This document shows, piece by piece, positions 8,645 to 18,784 of a DNA stretch of 64,000 bases. The stretch comes from Verrucomicrobiota bacterium (lineage in GTDB: Bacteria > Verrucomicrobiota > Lentisphaeria > Lentisphaerales > Lentisphaeraceae). Below the pieces are notes generated by a model. It worked only from the letters and a program-made list of their open reading frames with translations, was not told the origin of the DNA and did not search any database. The translations under genes and the position numbers were made by a program. The stretch spans positions 4,207 through 68,206 of the forward strand of contig JBDKFG010000014.1 of assembly GCA_039798785.1 (NCBI GenBank). Direction: 5' to 3'. The number at the start of each line of letters is the position of its first letter. Within the stretch, counting starts at the first letter, position 1.

Positions 8645-9079
8645 ATGAAAACCCTCCTTGCCTTCTGCTGCTGCAGCTTCCTGAGTTTCGCCGCCCTGGC
8701 GCAAGACGCCGCGAACACCTACACCGTCCAGGAAGGCGATTCGCCGGCGAAAATCGCCAAGAGCCTTCAGATCAAGCTCAAGGATCTGCTCGCCGCCAAT
8801 CCCGGGGTGAACCCTAAAAACCTGCAGATCGGCCAGATCCTGCTGCTCCCAGCCAGCGCTCCGGCAGAAGTCGCCGCGGATCCAGCCGCGGATCCGGCGG
8901 AGATCCCGGCTGAAGCCGTCGCTCCGGCGCCCGGCGGCAAGACCTACACGGTGAAAAAAGGCGACACGCCGGAGCGGATCGCCCGCCGCCTCAAGATCAA
9001 GCTTGCCGATCTCCTCGCCGCCAATCCCGAACTCGACAGCACCGGCCTGCAGATCGGCCAGAAGCTGCAGCTCCCTTGA
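8645..9079 (+). CDS. secreted protein with two LysM domains
   Basis: GGAG RBS. Signal peptide MKTLLAFCCCSFLSFAALA. Two repeats of YTVQEGDSPAKIAKSL..LLAANP..LQIGQ.L.LP separated by an Ala/Pro linker. Confidence 0.85.
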   Translation: MKTLLAFCCCSFLSFAALAQDAANTYTVQEGDSPAKIAKSLQIKLKDLLAANPGVNPKNLQIGQILLLPASAPAEVAADPAADPAEIPAEAVAPAPGGKTYTVKKGDTPERIARRLKIKLADLLAANPELDSTGLQIGQKLQLP

Positions 9080-9156
9080 GCGGCGGCGGGCCGCGGCGGA
9101 CGAGAGATTCGCCCGCCGCGGCTTGCCGAAGTCCCCGGCCGAATTCTTGTAGCCCC

Positions 9157-9711
9157 ATGAAACCCCTTCTCCCCGAAGACCGCTACCGCACCCGCCCCAC
9201 CCTGCTCCGCCGTGTCAAGACCGGCGACGAGCCGGGCTGGGCGGAATTCTATGCGTATTATTCGCCCCTGATCTTCTGGCTTTGCAGCCGCCGCGGCGTG
9301 ACTAGCGAAGAGGCCCGTGCCCTGGTGGTCCAGGCGGTTATGATCCATTGCGCCCGCCAGGACTGGGACGAGTCGGCCGACAAAGGACGCTTCCGTAACT
9401 ACATCCTGCGGGTGAGCGAACTCAAGATCCACGAGGTGCGCCGCGAGATGCGGCAAATCACGCTGCTGCCGGAGGATGCCTTGACCGCGCCCAGCGACGC
9501 CAGCACAGAGGAGAAGGAATCCCTCGAGCACGCCCTCGATGCCCTTGCCGCCGACCCCGAGGTCAACCCCGCCCACCTGCCGATCCTGCAGAGCGCGCTC
9601 GCCGGCCTCAGCGTCGCCGAAACCGCCCGCCAGAGCGGCCTCAGCGAGGCCAACGTCAAGGTGATCCGCCATCGGCTTCTTCACCGGCTGCGCAAACACC
9701 TCGATGAATGA
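9157..9711 (+). CDS. ECF-type RNA polymerase sigma factor
   Basis: Region 2-like segment (RPTLLRRVKTGDEPGWAEFYAYYSPLIFWL...GRFRNYI) and region 4 HTH (LSVAETARQSGLSEANVKVIRHRLLHRLRK). Confidence 0.8.
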   Translation: MKPLLPEDRYRTRPTLLRRVKTGDEPGWAEFYAYYSPLIFWLCSRRGVTSEEARALVVQAVMIHCARQDWDESADKGRFRNYILRVSELKIHEVRREMRQITLLPEDALTAPSDASTEEKESLEHALDALAADPEVNPAHLPILQSALAGLSVAETARQSGLSEANVKVIRHRLLHRLRKHLDE

Positions 9712-9761
9712 AAGACGGCGGCTCTCTCCTTGCGGCAGCAGCACACCCGGGTGTAAGCTAG

Positions 9762-11318
9762 GTGGAAACAACGACAAACAGGCAGGACTCCGTGGCGCAA
9801 GATCCCGTGACGCAAGATCCCGACGGCTCGGAAGAGCTCGACGACGAAGCCTTGCTGCGCGAACTGCGGCGACGCGGCGGCACCCAGGCGGAACCGATCC
9901 TCGACCTCCACTTCGGCCCCTACCGGCAGGCCCGCCAGATCGCCCGCGGCGGCATGTCGCTGATCTACCACGCCGTCGACCCGGAAGGCCGTGCGGTGGC
10001 GGTGAAGGTCTGCCGCTTGCGCTCTCTTCTGCCCTTCTTCCGCCGCGAAGCCGAGGCGCTGCGCAGCTGCACCGCCCTGAGGCTTGGCGGCATCCCGCCG
10101 CTGCTGGCGGCCGAGCTCGAACATGAGCCCGCCTACCTTGTCACTCCTTTCCTTGGCGGCGGCACCTTGCGCCAGCATTTGCGCCACGGCCGCCTCATCC
10201 CGGCTGATTTCGATGTCCTCTTCCAGGAAGGCCTGCAGCTCCTGCGCAGCTTGAACAGGGCCGGACTGATCCACGGCGACATCAAGCCGGAGAACATCCT
10301 GCTCGACGAATCCGGCCGGCTCTGGCTCGTCGACCTCGGCCTCGCCCGACGGATGATCAGCGAAGCCCGCACCGTCAGCTCCGCCGTCACCGGCTACTCC
10401 TCGCCTCCAGTGACCGCCGCCTACATGGCGCCGGAACAGGCAAGGGGTGAGTCCTTGTCGCCGGCGAGCGACCTCTTCTCCTTGGCGATCACCCTCTACG
10501 AAGCCGCGGCGGGAGAGCATCCCTTCGCCGCGGCGACGCCTTGGGCCACCGCCGCCCGCATCCTGTCGCACCAGCCGGCGCCCCTTCACAGCCTCCGCCC
10601 CGACCTGCCGGCAGCGATGTGCAGTTTCATCGACCGCGCCCTGGCAAAACAGCCGGAGGAGCGACCGGCGCTCGCCGCGGCCCCCGCTTCGGCGCCCGCC
10701 CCCGTCCCTGCGAGAAAGAGCCTCTGGCCGATCTTTGCCGTCATCGCCTTGCCTCTTCTCGCCGCCGCAGGACTCGCCGCCGCCCTCTTGCCTGCTGACC
10801 GATCTGCGACGCGCCAGCAACTGCCCCCCGGCAAGGCTCTGCCGCAAACCCAAGCGGCGAAGTCCCCTCCCTCCGCCCCCGACGATCCCGACAAGACCAG
10901 GATCGTCCTCGAAAACGAGGATTTCACGATCAAGGTCCTGAGCTCGAAGGAGGCGTCGCAGATCTTCCGCGACAACAACGAACAGATTGAGAACCAGCGC
11001 CTCCTCAAGGACCCGCAACGCTTCGACCGCGGGCTGAAAATCCAGGCTTGGAGGATCTTCACAGGCAACGGGCCCTGCGTCATCCTCTCGACCGTGGATT
11101 TCAGCTATGTCTTCCAAAAACAGAAGAACGACGCTCTCTTCTGCATCGGCCGCAGCTGGAGCGGCCCGGTGGCGGTGGTGAAAAGCAAGAATCTCCTCGG
11201 CTTCGTGCCGTTAGTCAAAGTGGCCGGCGGCTGGAGCCCGATGAACCTGAAAGGCGGCGTCCTGCACAGCGGCGACCCTTGGTCGGAACTGCCGTCCGAC
11301 GCCTTCCTCCTGCCTTGA
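9762..11318 (+). CDS. membrane-spanning Ser/Thr protein kinase with a C-terminal extracytoplasmic domain
   Basis: Hanks motifs: VAVKV, HGDIKPENILL, DLGLAR, YMAPEQ. One TM helix (LWPIFAVIALPLLAAAGLAAALL), then a ~190 aa unassigned domain. GTG start at 9762; the exact start is uncertain. Confidence 0.85.
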   Translation: METTTNRQDSVAQDPVTQDPDGSEELDDEALLRELRRRGGTQAEPILDLHFGPYRQARQIARGGMSLIYHAVDPEGRAVAVKVCRLRSLLPFFRREAEALRSCTALRLGGIPPLLAAELEHEPAYLVTPFLGGGTLRQHLRHGRLIPADFDVLFQEGLQLLRSLNRAGLIHGDIKPENILLDESGRLWLVDLGLARRMISEARTVSSAVTGYSSPPVTAAYMAPEQARGESLSPASDLFSLAITLYEAAAGEHPFAAATPWATAARILSHQPAPLHSLRPDLPAAMCSFIDRALAKQPEERPALAAAPASAPAPVPARKSLWPIFAVIALPLLAAAGLAAALLPADRSATRQQLPPGKALPQTQAAKSPPSAPDDPDKTRIVLENEDFTIKVLSSKEASQIFRDNNEQIENQRLLKDPQRFDRGLKIQAWRIFTGNGPCVILSTVDFSYVFQKQKNDALFCIGRSWSGPVAVVKSKNLLGFVPLVKVAGGWSPMNLKGGVLHSGDPWSELPSDAFLLP

Positions 11319-11397
11319 TCCGAAACCTTCCGCCGCCGCGACTTGGCAAAGACCGGCACCGCCTCATTGTCATTCCCAATCAGTTTCGGGAGCGTCA

Positions 11398-12420
11398 ATG
11401 CAAAGCACCAGGAAAGAAGTGGCGGCGGCCGCTGGAGTCAGTCCGGCGATGGTCTCCGCCGCCCTCGGAGGACGGCCAAGCACGATCCGCATGTCGAAAG
11501 AAACCCGCGATCGCATCCTCGCCGCGGCTGCGGCCCTCGACTACCATCCCAACATCCTGGCCCAGGGACTCAAGCAAAAGCACTCCTTCCTCATCGGCCT
11601 GAGCTATTACGACAGCAACGGCAACATCCTGGCACCGCTCCTTCGAGGCATCGAATCCGCCCTCTCCGGCAGCGACTATTCGGTCGTCGTCGAGATGCAC
11701 CGCGACGCCGCTTCGGAAGCCGCTGCCCTGCTCCGGCTGCGCCACCGCCGAGTCGCCGGCCTGATCGCGACGGCAGCGCAAGATCGCGACGGACGCCCTT
11801 CGGAAGCCCTGCTCGATATGCAGCGGCAGGGAAGACCGCTGGTCGAACTTTTCGGCAAGGTGATCCCCGGCGCCGCGCACTTCAATCCCGATCACGAAGG
11901 GACCGGCCGAATCCTGACCCGTCATCTGATCGCTGAAGGCCGCCGCCGCATCGCCCTCCTCACCCACAGCGCAACAGCCACCTGCCGCGGCGGACTCTTC
12001 TTCAACGCCTGGGAAAACCAGCAGGGCTACCTAGCGGCTATCGCGGAAGCCGGCCTCTCGCCTCGAATCGTCCATTATCCCGTGCCGGCCGAAAGCGGCG
12101 ACCTGGCGATGCTGCGACAGAATTACGAAGGAGGTCTCGCCGCTCTATCCAACCTGCTCAGAGGCGAGAGCCCTGACGCAGTGCTCTGTTTCGACAGCGT
12201 CGCCGCCGCCGGTCTGCACCGAGCCTGTCTCGAAAAAGGTTTGAAGCTGCGGATCTGCGGCTTGGAAAAGGACGTCGCAGCACTCAGCTGCAATCCCCCC
12301 CTCCCCGGCGTCGTCTATGATTACGATGAGCTCGGACGCCGGAGCATGCTCGCACTCCTCCGCAAAATGTCAGGAGGCGAAGCACAGTCCTGGTCGATGC
12401 CGGGAAGGATCGAGTCCTAA
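11398..12420 (+). CDS. LacI-family transcriptional regulator
   Basis: N-terminal HTH (TRKEVAAAAGVSPAMVSAALGG...SKETRDRILAAAAALDYHPN) plus a periplasmic-binding-protein-like core. Confidence 0.85.
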   Translation: MQSTRKEVAAAAGVSPAMVSAALGGRPSTIRMSKETRDRILAAAAALDYHPNILAQGLKQKHSFLIGLSYYDSNGNILAPLLRGIESALSGSDYSVVVEMHRDAASEAAALLRLRHRRVAGLIATAAQDRDGRPSEALLDMQRQGRPLVELFGKVIPGAAHFNPDHEGTGRILTRHLIAEGRRRIALLTHSATATCRGGLFFNAWENQQGYLAAIAEAGLSPRIVHYPVPAESGDLAMLRQNYEGGLAALSNLLRGESPDAVLCFDSVAAAGLHRACLEKGLKLRICGLEKDVAALSCNPPLPGVVYDYDELGRRSMLALLRKMSGGEAQSWSMPGRIES

Positions 12421-12551
12421 AACCTGCCGCTTGATATCAAAGATCTCACAAAGCAGTGCTCAGGCAAGGGGAGTCCCAAGCTGTTGACAAATGGCTATGG
12501 TGATGACACCGCGCCGCCGCCGGTACGACGTTGATTCCCTCCCTTCGCCGG

Positions 12552-12941
12552 CTAACCATGGTCTTTCGACCGTATGCCGCGCCCCTTCTGGCGCTGGCTG
12601 ACGCAAAGGTCGCAGGCCTTCTCGGCCGGATTGCTCGACAGAGGCAGGCCGAGCTTCTTGCGGATGGAATAGACGGGGATCCGGTGAAAACCCTTGATCT
12701 TGCCCGCCAGTATCACCAGCGCCGATTCGCGGATCTGCTTCTCGCCATCGCTGAAGAGACAGAGGTTGATCCTGCGTAAGTCTCGCGCCTGCATCAAGGC
12801 GAGGAAGCGGATGAATAGCGTGGCGTAGCAGCGGGCAACGAGGCTCACCTTGGCCTGTCCGGGAGCGCTCAGGATGCCGCAGGCGGTGGAACTCCCCAAC
12901 AGAGAAGTCCTGAACGGCTTTCGCAAGTTCGTCGACGCCAC
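12552..12941 (-). CDS. hypothetical protein with a possible C-terminal HTH (phage/transposon-like); may be a gene fragment
   Basis: GTG-initiated ORF with good GC3 bias. The segment LAGKIKGFHRIPVYSIRKKLGL resembles resolvase/Mor/sigma-r4-type HTHs. No confident family call. Confidence 0.35.
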   Translation of the reverse strand: MASTNLRKPFRTSLLGSSTACGILSAPGQAKVSLVARCYATLFIRFLALMQARDLRRINLCLFSDGEKQIRESALVILAGKIKGFHRIPVYSIRKKLGLPLSSNPAEKACDLCVSQRQKGRGIRSKDHG

Positions 12942-13032
12942 CTTCAGCTTGAGCTGTTGATGAAGGGTTTTTTAGGCGTGTTCATGGCTTGCAAGTTACT
13001 CGATTTTTGTAGGTTTTCGCTATGGATAGGCA

Positions 13033-13893
13033 TTACCAGCAACGATCTGAGCCATCCAAGCGCGCCTCGCTCTCCGAGAAGCAGTTCTGATCCTCGGCAT
13101 CGTTGGCGATATCGCTCAACAGTTCGGTAATGCTGATATCGAGATCCTTGTCGCTTTTGTAGGGCACTTTGAGCAGGTAGTCGCCGCTTGGCTGCCGAGC
13201 TTGGAATTCCTTGAGGTAGAGATTTTCGATCCGCTCCACCACCCGTTTCTTGCCGTGGACGAACTTGCTGTTGTTGTCGATCCGCAGCGACAGGAGGATC
13301 GTGGCAAACGCCGGGGAGGCTGATTCCTTATGGCTCGATCTGGTGCCTGCGATCATTCGCGACACCGTGGCCGGACTGATGGCAAAGAGGCGCGCCGCTT
13401 CTGCGGCGGTCTTCTGGCCGGAGCTGACCAGGGCGACGATCTCCTTGCGTTGCAGATCGCTGAGCTTAGGCTTCCGGCCACCGATGCGGCCTTCTTTGCG
13501 AGCCGCATCGAGGCCGCTCTTGGTGCGCTCCTTGAGCATCGCCCGTTCGAATTCGGCGAAGCTGCCGATGATGTGCATCATCATCCGGCCCGCCGGCGTC
13601 CCGGTGTCAACGGCCTCGGCGAGACTCTTGAAGCTGGCCTTCGCCCCCTCGATCTTCTCGAGGATGAGCAGGAACTCCTTGAGCGAGCGGGACAGCCGGT
13701 CGAGCTTCCACACCACCACGGCGTCATCAGGGCGGAGATGGCCGAGCATCGCCTGCAGCTCGGGGCGATCCCAACGTCCGCCGGAGGCCTTCTCCTGGAA
13801 GATCCGCTCGCATCCCGCCGCCTTGAGGGCGGCGATCTGGGCGGCGTTGTCCTGTTCTTGGGGGGAAACCCGGACGTAGCCGATGGTAATCGT
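13033..13893 (-). pseudogene. serine recombinase (resolvase/invertase family) with no canonical start codon and a ~95-aa C-terminal extension
   Basis: Upstream of the track start (13749) the same frame reads TITIGYVRVSPQEQDNAAQIAALKAAGCERIFQEKASGGRWDRPELQAM. This is the catalytic-Ser N-terminus. Between the in-frame TAG (13903-13905) and ATG 13749 there is no ATG, GTG or TTG; the only candidates are ACG 13893 and ATT 13890. Resolvase core (VVVWKLDRLSRS, FAEFERAMLKERT, GRIGGRKPKL) and HTH (AEAARLFAISPATVSRMI) are present, followed by an unrelated AT-richer tail. Confidence 0.7.
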
Positions 13894-14040
13894 TGCAAAT
13901 TCCTATTGCCATTGGCGTTGAATCTGCAACAGGTTTTTGCAAGATCAAGCCCGACACGGGCGGCCTCCTTCCACAAACGCCCGTTTGCGGAAGTTTTGGC
14001 GGCAGATGATCCAAATTCTGCGCATCACCCGCGAAATCAG

Positions 14041-14067
14041 CCGCGCCGGCTTTTGCGGCCGGCGCGG
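14041..14067 (-). terminator. GC-rich hairpin just downstream of speA
   Basis: Perfect 10-bp stem CCGCGCCGGC / GCCGGCGCGG with a 7-nt loop, 7 nt past the speA stop. The U-tract is weak. Confidence 0.4.
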
Positions 14068-14073
14068 ATTCGA

Positions 14074-16017
<1,944 letters not shown>

Positions 16018-16153
16018 CGGCATCTCTCCAGGCAAAGTCTCGTGTACGCGGGCAGACCCGTGTCCGCCCAGGGGCGAAAGCGGGCCGCTAATATTCCGGG
16101 GAAGCTCCGTTGCGCAACATCCGAGAGAATGATTTTTTCGGAAGGCCCTGGCC

Positions 16154-16849
16154 TCAGCTCTTCCTCTTGGCCTTCTTGAGCTTGCGCTTGGCCAGGCCCT
16201 GGGCGATCGACTCGGTGAGCTTGTCGCAGAGTTCCTTCTTGGTGGCGCAGGGAGCGGAGTCGCCATCGGGATTGATGACGAAGGTGCGGTGCTGTTCGCC
16301 CGCGACTTCGTCGAGATTGTTGGCGACGATCAGGTCGGCGGAAGAGGCGTGCAGGCTGCGCAGGGCGATGGTATGCAGGCGACGGTCGCTCAACCCGACC
16401 TGGAGCTTGAACTTGACCAGGAAGGCCTCGGGTTGCGCCGCGCGCACCGCGTCGACCAGCTTCGGCGTCGGCACCAGCTTCAGGTTGAAGCCGCGTTTCG
16501 ACGAGGTCTTGCCGGGGCGGACTTCCGCCGCGGTGAAGTCGGAGACGGCGCTGGAGTGGAGGATCAAGTCCCAGCGGTGCAGGGAGCACTCGGTTTCGAG
16601 CAGATCTTTCAGCTCATCGAAGTAGAAGAACTGGTGGATCCGCATGCTGGTCCAGTCGTCGGCGGTGTATTTCGCCCGTCCCGGCCCCATCAGCAGGGTG
16701 ACGTCGGCGCCGAGGCCTTGGAAGTGGCGGGCGAGGCGCAGTCCGGTTTCGCCGGAGAAGACGCTGGTGAGGACGCGGACGCGGTCGACTGGGGTCCAGG
16801 TCGGGCCGGCGGTGACGAGAACGCGAAGTCCGGCGAAGCTGAAGGCCAT
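16154..16849 (-). CDS. coaB: phosphopantothenate-cysteine ligase (stand-alone CoaB-type DFP domain)
   Basis: LRVLVTAGPTWTPVDRVRVLTSVFSGETG.., ...SAVSDF.., KLVPTPKLV motifs. AAGGAGA RBS before ATG 16849. No CoaC domain attached. Confidence 0.8.
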   Translation of the reverse strand: MAFSFAGLRVLVTAGPTWTPVDRVRVLTSVFSGETGLRLARHFQGLGADVTLLMGPGRAKYTADDWTSMRIHQFFYFDELKDLLETECSLHRWDLILHSSAVSDFTAAEVRPGKTSSKRGFNLKLVPTPKLVDAVRAAQPEAFLVKFKLQVGLSDRRLHTIALRSLHASSADLIVANNLDEVAGEQHRTFVINPDGDSAPCATKKELCDKLTESIAQGLAKRKLKKAKRKS

Positions 16850-16916
16850 GAGATTCTCCTTGCGGGCTTGAACAAAGCAGTGTACACCTTGGCGGCGCCG
16901 GAGCAAGAGGATCGGC

Positions 16917-16940
16917 GGATTCTCGGATTCTCGGATTCTC
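16917..16940. repeat. perfect tandem octamer (GGATTCTC)x3
   Basis: Read directly: GGATTCTC GGATTCTC GGATTCTC, in the coaB / ion-channel divergent intergenic region. Confidence 0.95.
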
Positions 16941-17045
16941 GGGCTGGAAGGGAAGCTTGACGCGATTTCTTGATTGATCTTCGCGGCGTCGGAGGAATAC
17001 TAGGCTCCGCACAACAGGAAAAATGCCAAACGCAAGGACTCTCTC

Positions 17046-17936
17046 ATGGTCGAACGGTGCCGAAAAATTGAAAAGTCGCCGATTTTCCAGCGATTCATCA
17101 TCGGCGTGATCATCCTCGCCTCGATCCTGGTCGGCGCCGAGACCTACCACTCTTTCTACGAGGCTCACCATCAAATCCTGCATGGGCTCGACAAGGCGAT
17201 CCTGGGAATCTTCACCTTTGAGCTCCTGGTCAAGCTCATCGCCCGCGGCTCGCGGCCGCAAGACTTCTTCAAGGACGGCTGGAACGTCTTCGACTTCCTC
17301 GTCGTCACCGTCTGCTACCTGCCGGTGAGCGGCCAGTACGTGTCGGTGCTGCGACTCGCCCGGGTGATGCGGATACTCCGCCTGGTCTCCGCCATTCCCA
17401 AGCTGCAGGTGCTGGTCGGCGCCCTGTTCAAGAGCATCCCCTCGATGGGCTATGTCAGCATCCTTCTCTTCCTCTTCTTCTACGCATATTCGGTCTGCGG
17501 CACGATGTTCTTCGGCGTCCACGACGCCGAACACTTCGGCACCCTCCATATCAGCATGCTCACCATGTTCCGGGTCGTCACCCTGGAGGGCTGGACCGAG
17601 CTGATGTACATCAACATGAAGGAGATGCCCCTGGGCTCGCCGCTCTTCTTCGTCTCCTTCATCCTGGTCGGAACGATGGTGATCATGAACCTCTTCATCG
17701 GCATCATCATGAAAGGGATGGAAGAAGCGCAGCGCGAACAGGACGAAGACGAGAAGAGCCGCCGCGAAGGCGAGGCCCGCACCGTGCATCACGATCTTGA
17801 GGAGATGACGCAGAAGATGGACGAGCTGGCGGCGCAGATCGCCCAGCTCAACCGCCGTCTTCGCAGCGCCGATCCGGCCTATCTCGGCAAGAGAGCCAAG
17901 CCCGAGACGTCCCGGGAGGCCGATCCCGAGCCATGA
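17046..17936 (+). CDS. single-domain (6-TM) voltage-gated cation channel of the BacNaV/NaChBac family, filter TLEGWTE
   Basis: S4 with Arg every third residue (VSVLRLARVMRILRLVSAIPKL). Pore helix and filter FRVVTLEGWTELM (filter codons 17580-17600). C-terminal coiled-coil-like tail (LEEMTQKMDELAAQIAQLNRRL). Confidence 0.88.
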   Translation: MVERCRKIEKSPIFQRFIIGVIILASILVGAETYHSFYEAHHQILHGLDKAILGIFTFELLVKLIARGSRPQDFFKDGWNVFDFLVVTVCYLPVSGQYVSVLRLARVMRILRLVSAIPKLQVLVGALFKSIPSMGYVSILLFLFFYAYSVCGTMFFGVHDAEHFGTLHISMLTMFRVVTLEGWTELMYINMKEMPLGSPLFFVSFILVGTMVIMNLFIGIIMKGMEEAQREQDEDEKSRREGEARTVHHDLEEMTQKMDELAAQIAQLNRRLRSADPAYLGKRAKPETSREADPEP

Positions 17937-18088
17937 AGACCAACCGAAAAAACAGTCGTTGAAAAGTCATTCAAAGATCAGCTGGATCGGACTTTCAACC
18001 CGTCACATTCCCATCCTGCGTCATGGCGATTGATTCCTCGCCTCCCGCCGCTACACTCCGCAACGATCACCAAACTGTCGGACTCGCA

Positions 18089-18754
18089 ATGACCTACACT
18101 CACATCCTTTGGGACTGGAACGGCACTCTCGTCGACGACGTCGACCTCTGCGTCCGGACCACCAACAATCTCCTCGCCCGCCGCGGTCGTCAGCCCATCG
18201 GCCGTGAGCAATACCTCCGCCAGTTCACCTTTCCGGTGACCCAGTTCTACCAGGCCATCGGCTTCGACTTCGCCCGAGAAGACTACATGCAGATGGCCGA
18301 CGAATGGATCGCCGAATACCGCGGCGGCTTCGCCGCGATGAGCCGCCTCAACGGGCCGGTGCATGAAGCCCTTGACGGCGTCGCCGCCCTCGGGCTGCCG
18401 CAATCCATCCTCTCCGCCTGCGAAACCCGCCTTCTTCATGCCTCGATCGAGCACATGGGCCTGAGCGGCCGCTTCACCAAGATCTTCGGCACCGGCGACA
18501 ACGCCGCCCACGGCAAAGGCGAACTTGCCCGCCAAGTCGCCGGCGGCGGCCATTTCGACCCCGCCAGCACCGTCCTCTTCGGCGATACCGAACATGACGC
18601 GGAAGTCGCCCGCGACGCCGGCATAGACTGCGTCCTGATCGCCAAGGGGCACCAGCATCCCGAGCGCCTCCGCGCCACCGGCCACGAAGTCCTCGACTGC
18701 ATCTCGCAAGTCCCGGGCTGGCTGCAACAGCGCCGCAGCGCCCGACACCATTGA
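18089..18754 (+). CDS. HAD-superfamily hydrolase (phosphoglycolate phosphatase-like), motif I reads DWNGT
   Basis: ILWDWNGTLVDD (motif I), SACET (motif II region), GKGE / GDTEHDAEVARDAG (motifs III and IV). ATG 18089 chosen so the protein starts just before motif I. Confidence 0.75.
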   Translation: MTYTHILWDWNGTLVDDVDLCVRTTNNLLARRGRQPIGREQYLRQFTFPVTQFYQAIGFDFAREDYMQMADEWIAEYRGGFAAMSRLNGPVHEALDGVAALGLPQSILSACETRLLHASIEHMGLSGRFTKIFGTGDNAAHGKGELARQVAGGGHFDPASTVLFGDTEHDAEVARDAGIDCVLIAKGHQHPERLRATGHEVLDCISQVPGWLQQRRSARHH

Positions 18755-18784
18755 CTCCCAAAGACACAGCAAAGGAACACCAGC

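Larger units (their letters stand above)
12421..14040. mobile_element. probable remnant of an integrated mobile element (HTH gene + serine recombinase) between convergent lacI-family and speA genes
   Basis: Resolvase-family gene, a small HTH-like ORF, and a locally AT-richer stretch (~12950-13330), wedged between two convergent core genes. No transposase or clear terminal repeats seen. Confidence 0.4.

Noticed and set aside
9681-11117. 478-aa minus-strand ORF; also 17978..19234 (-) and 33685..34719 (-)
   Set aside because: They are antisense to the Ser/Thr kinase, the HAD/aspartate kinase genes and neuB respectively. No motifs; Gly/Asp/Glu/Ala-rich.
12531-12779. 82-aa plus-strand ORF in the mobile-element remnant
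   Set aside because: It overlaps the minus-strand ORF 12552..12941, which has the better third-position GC bias and an HTH-like segment. Both remain low confidence.
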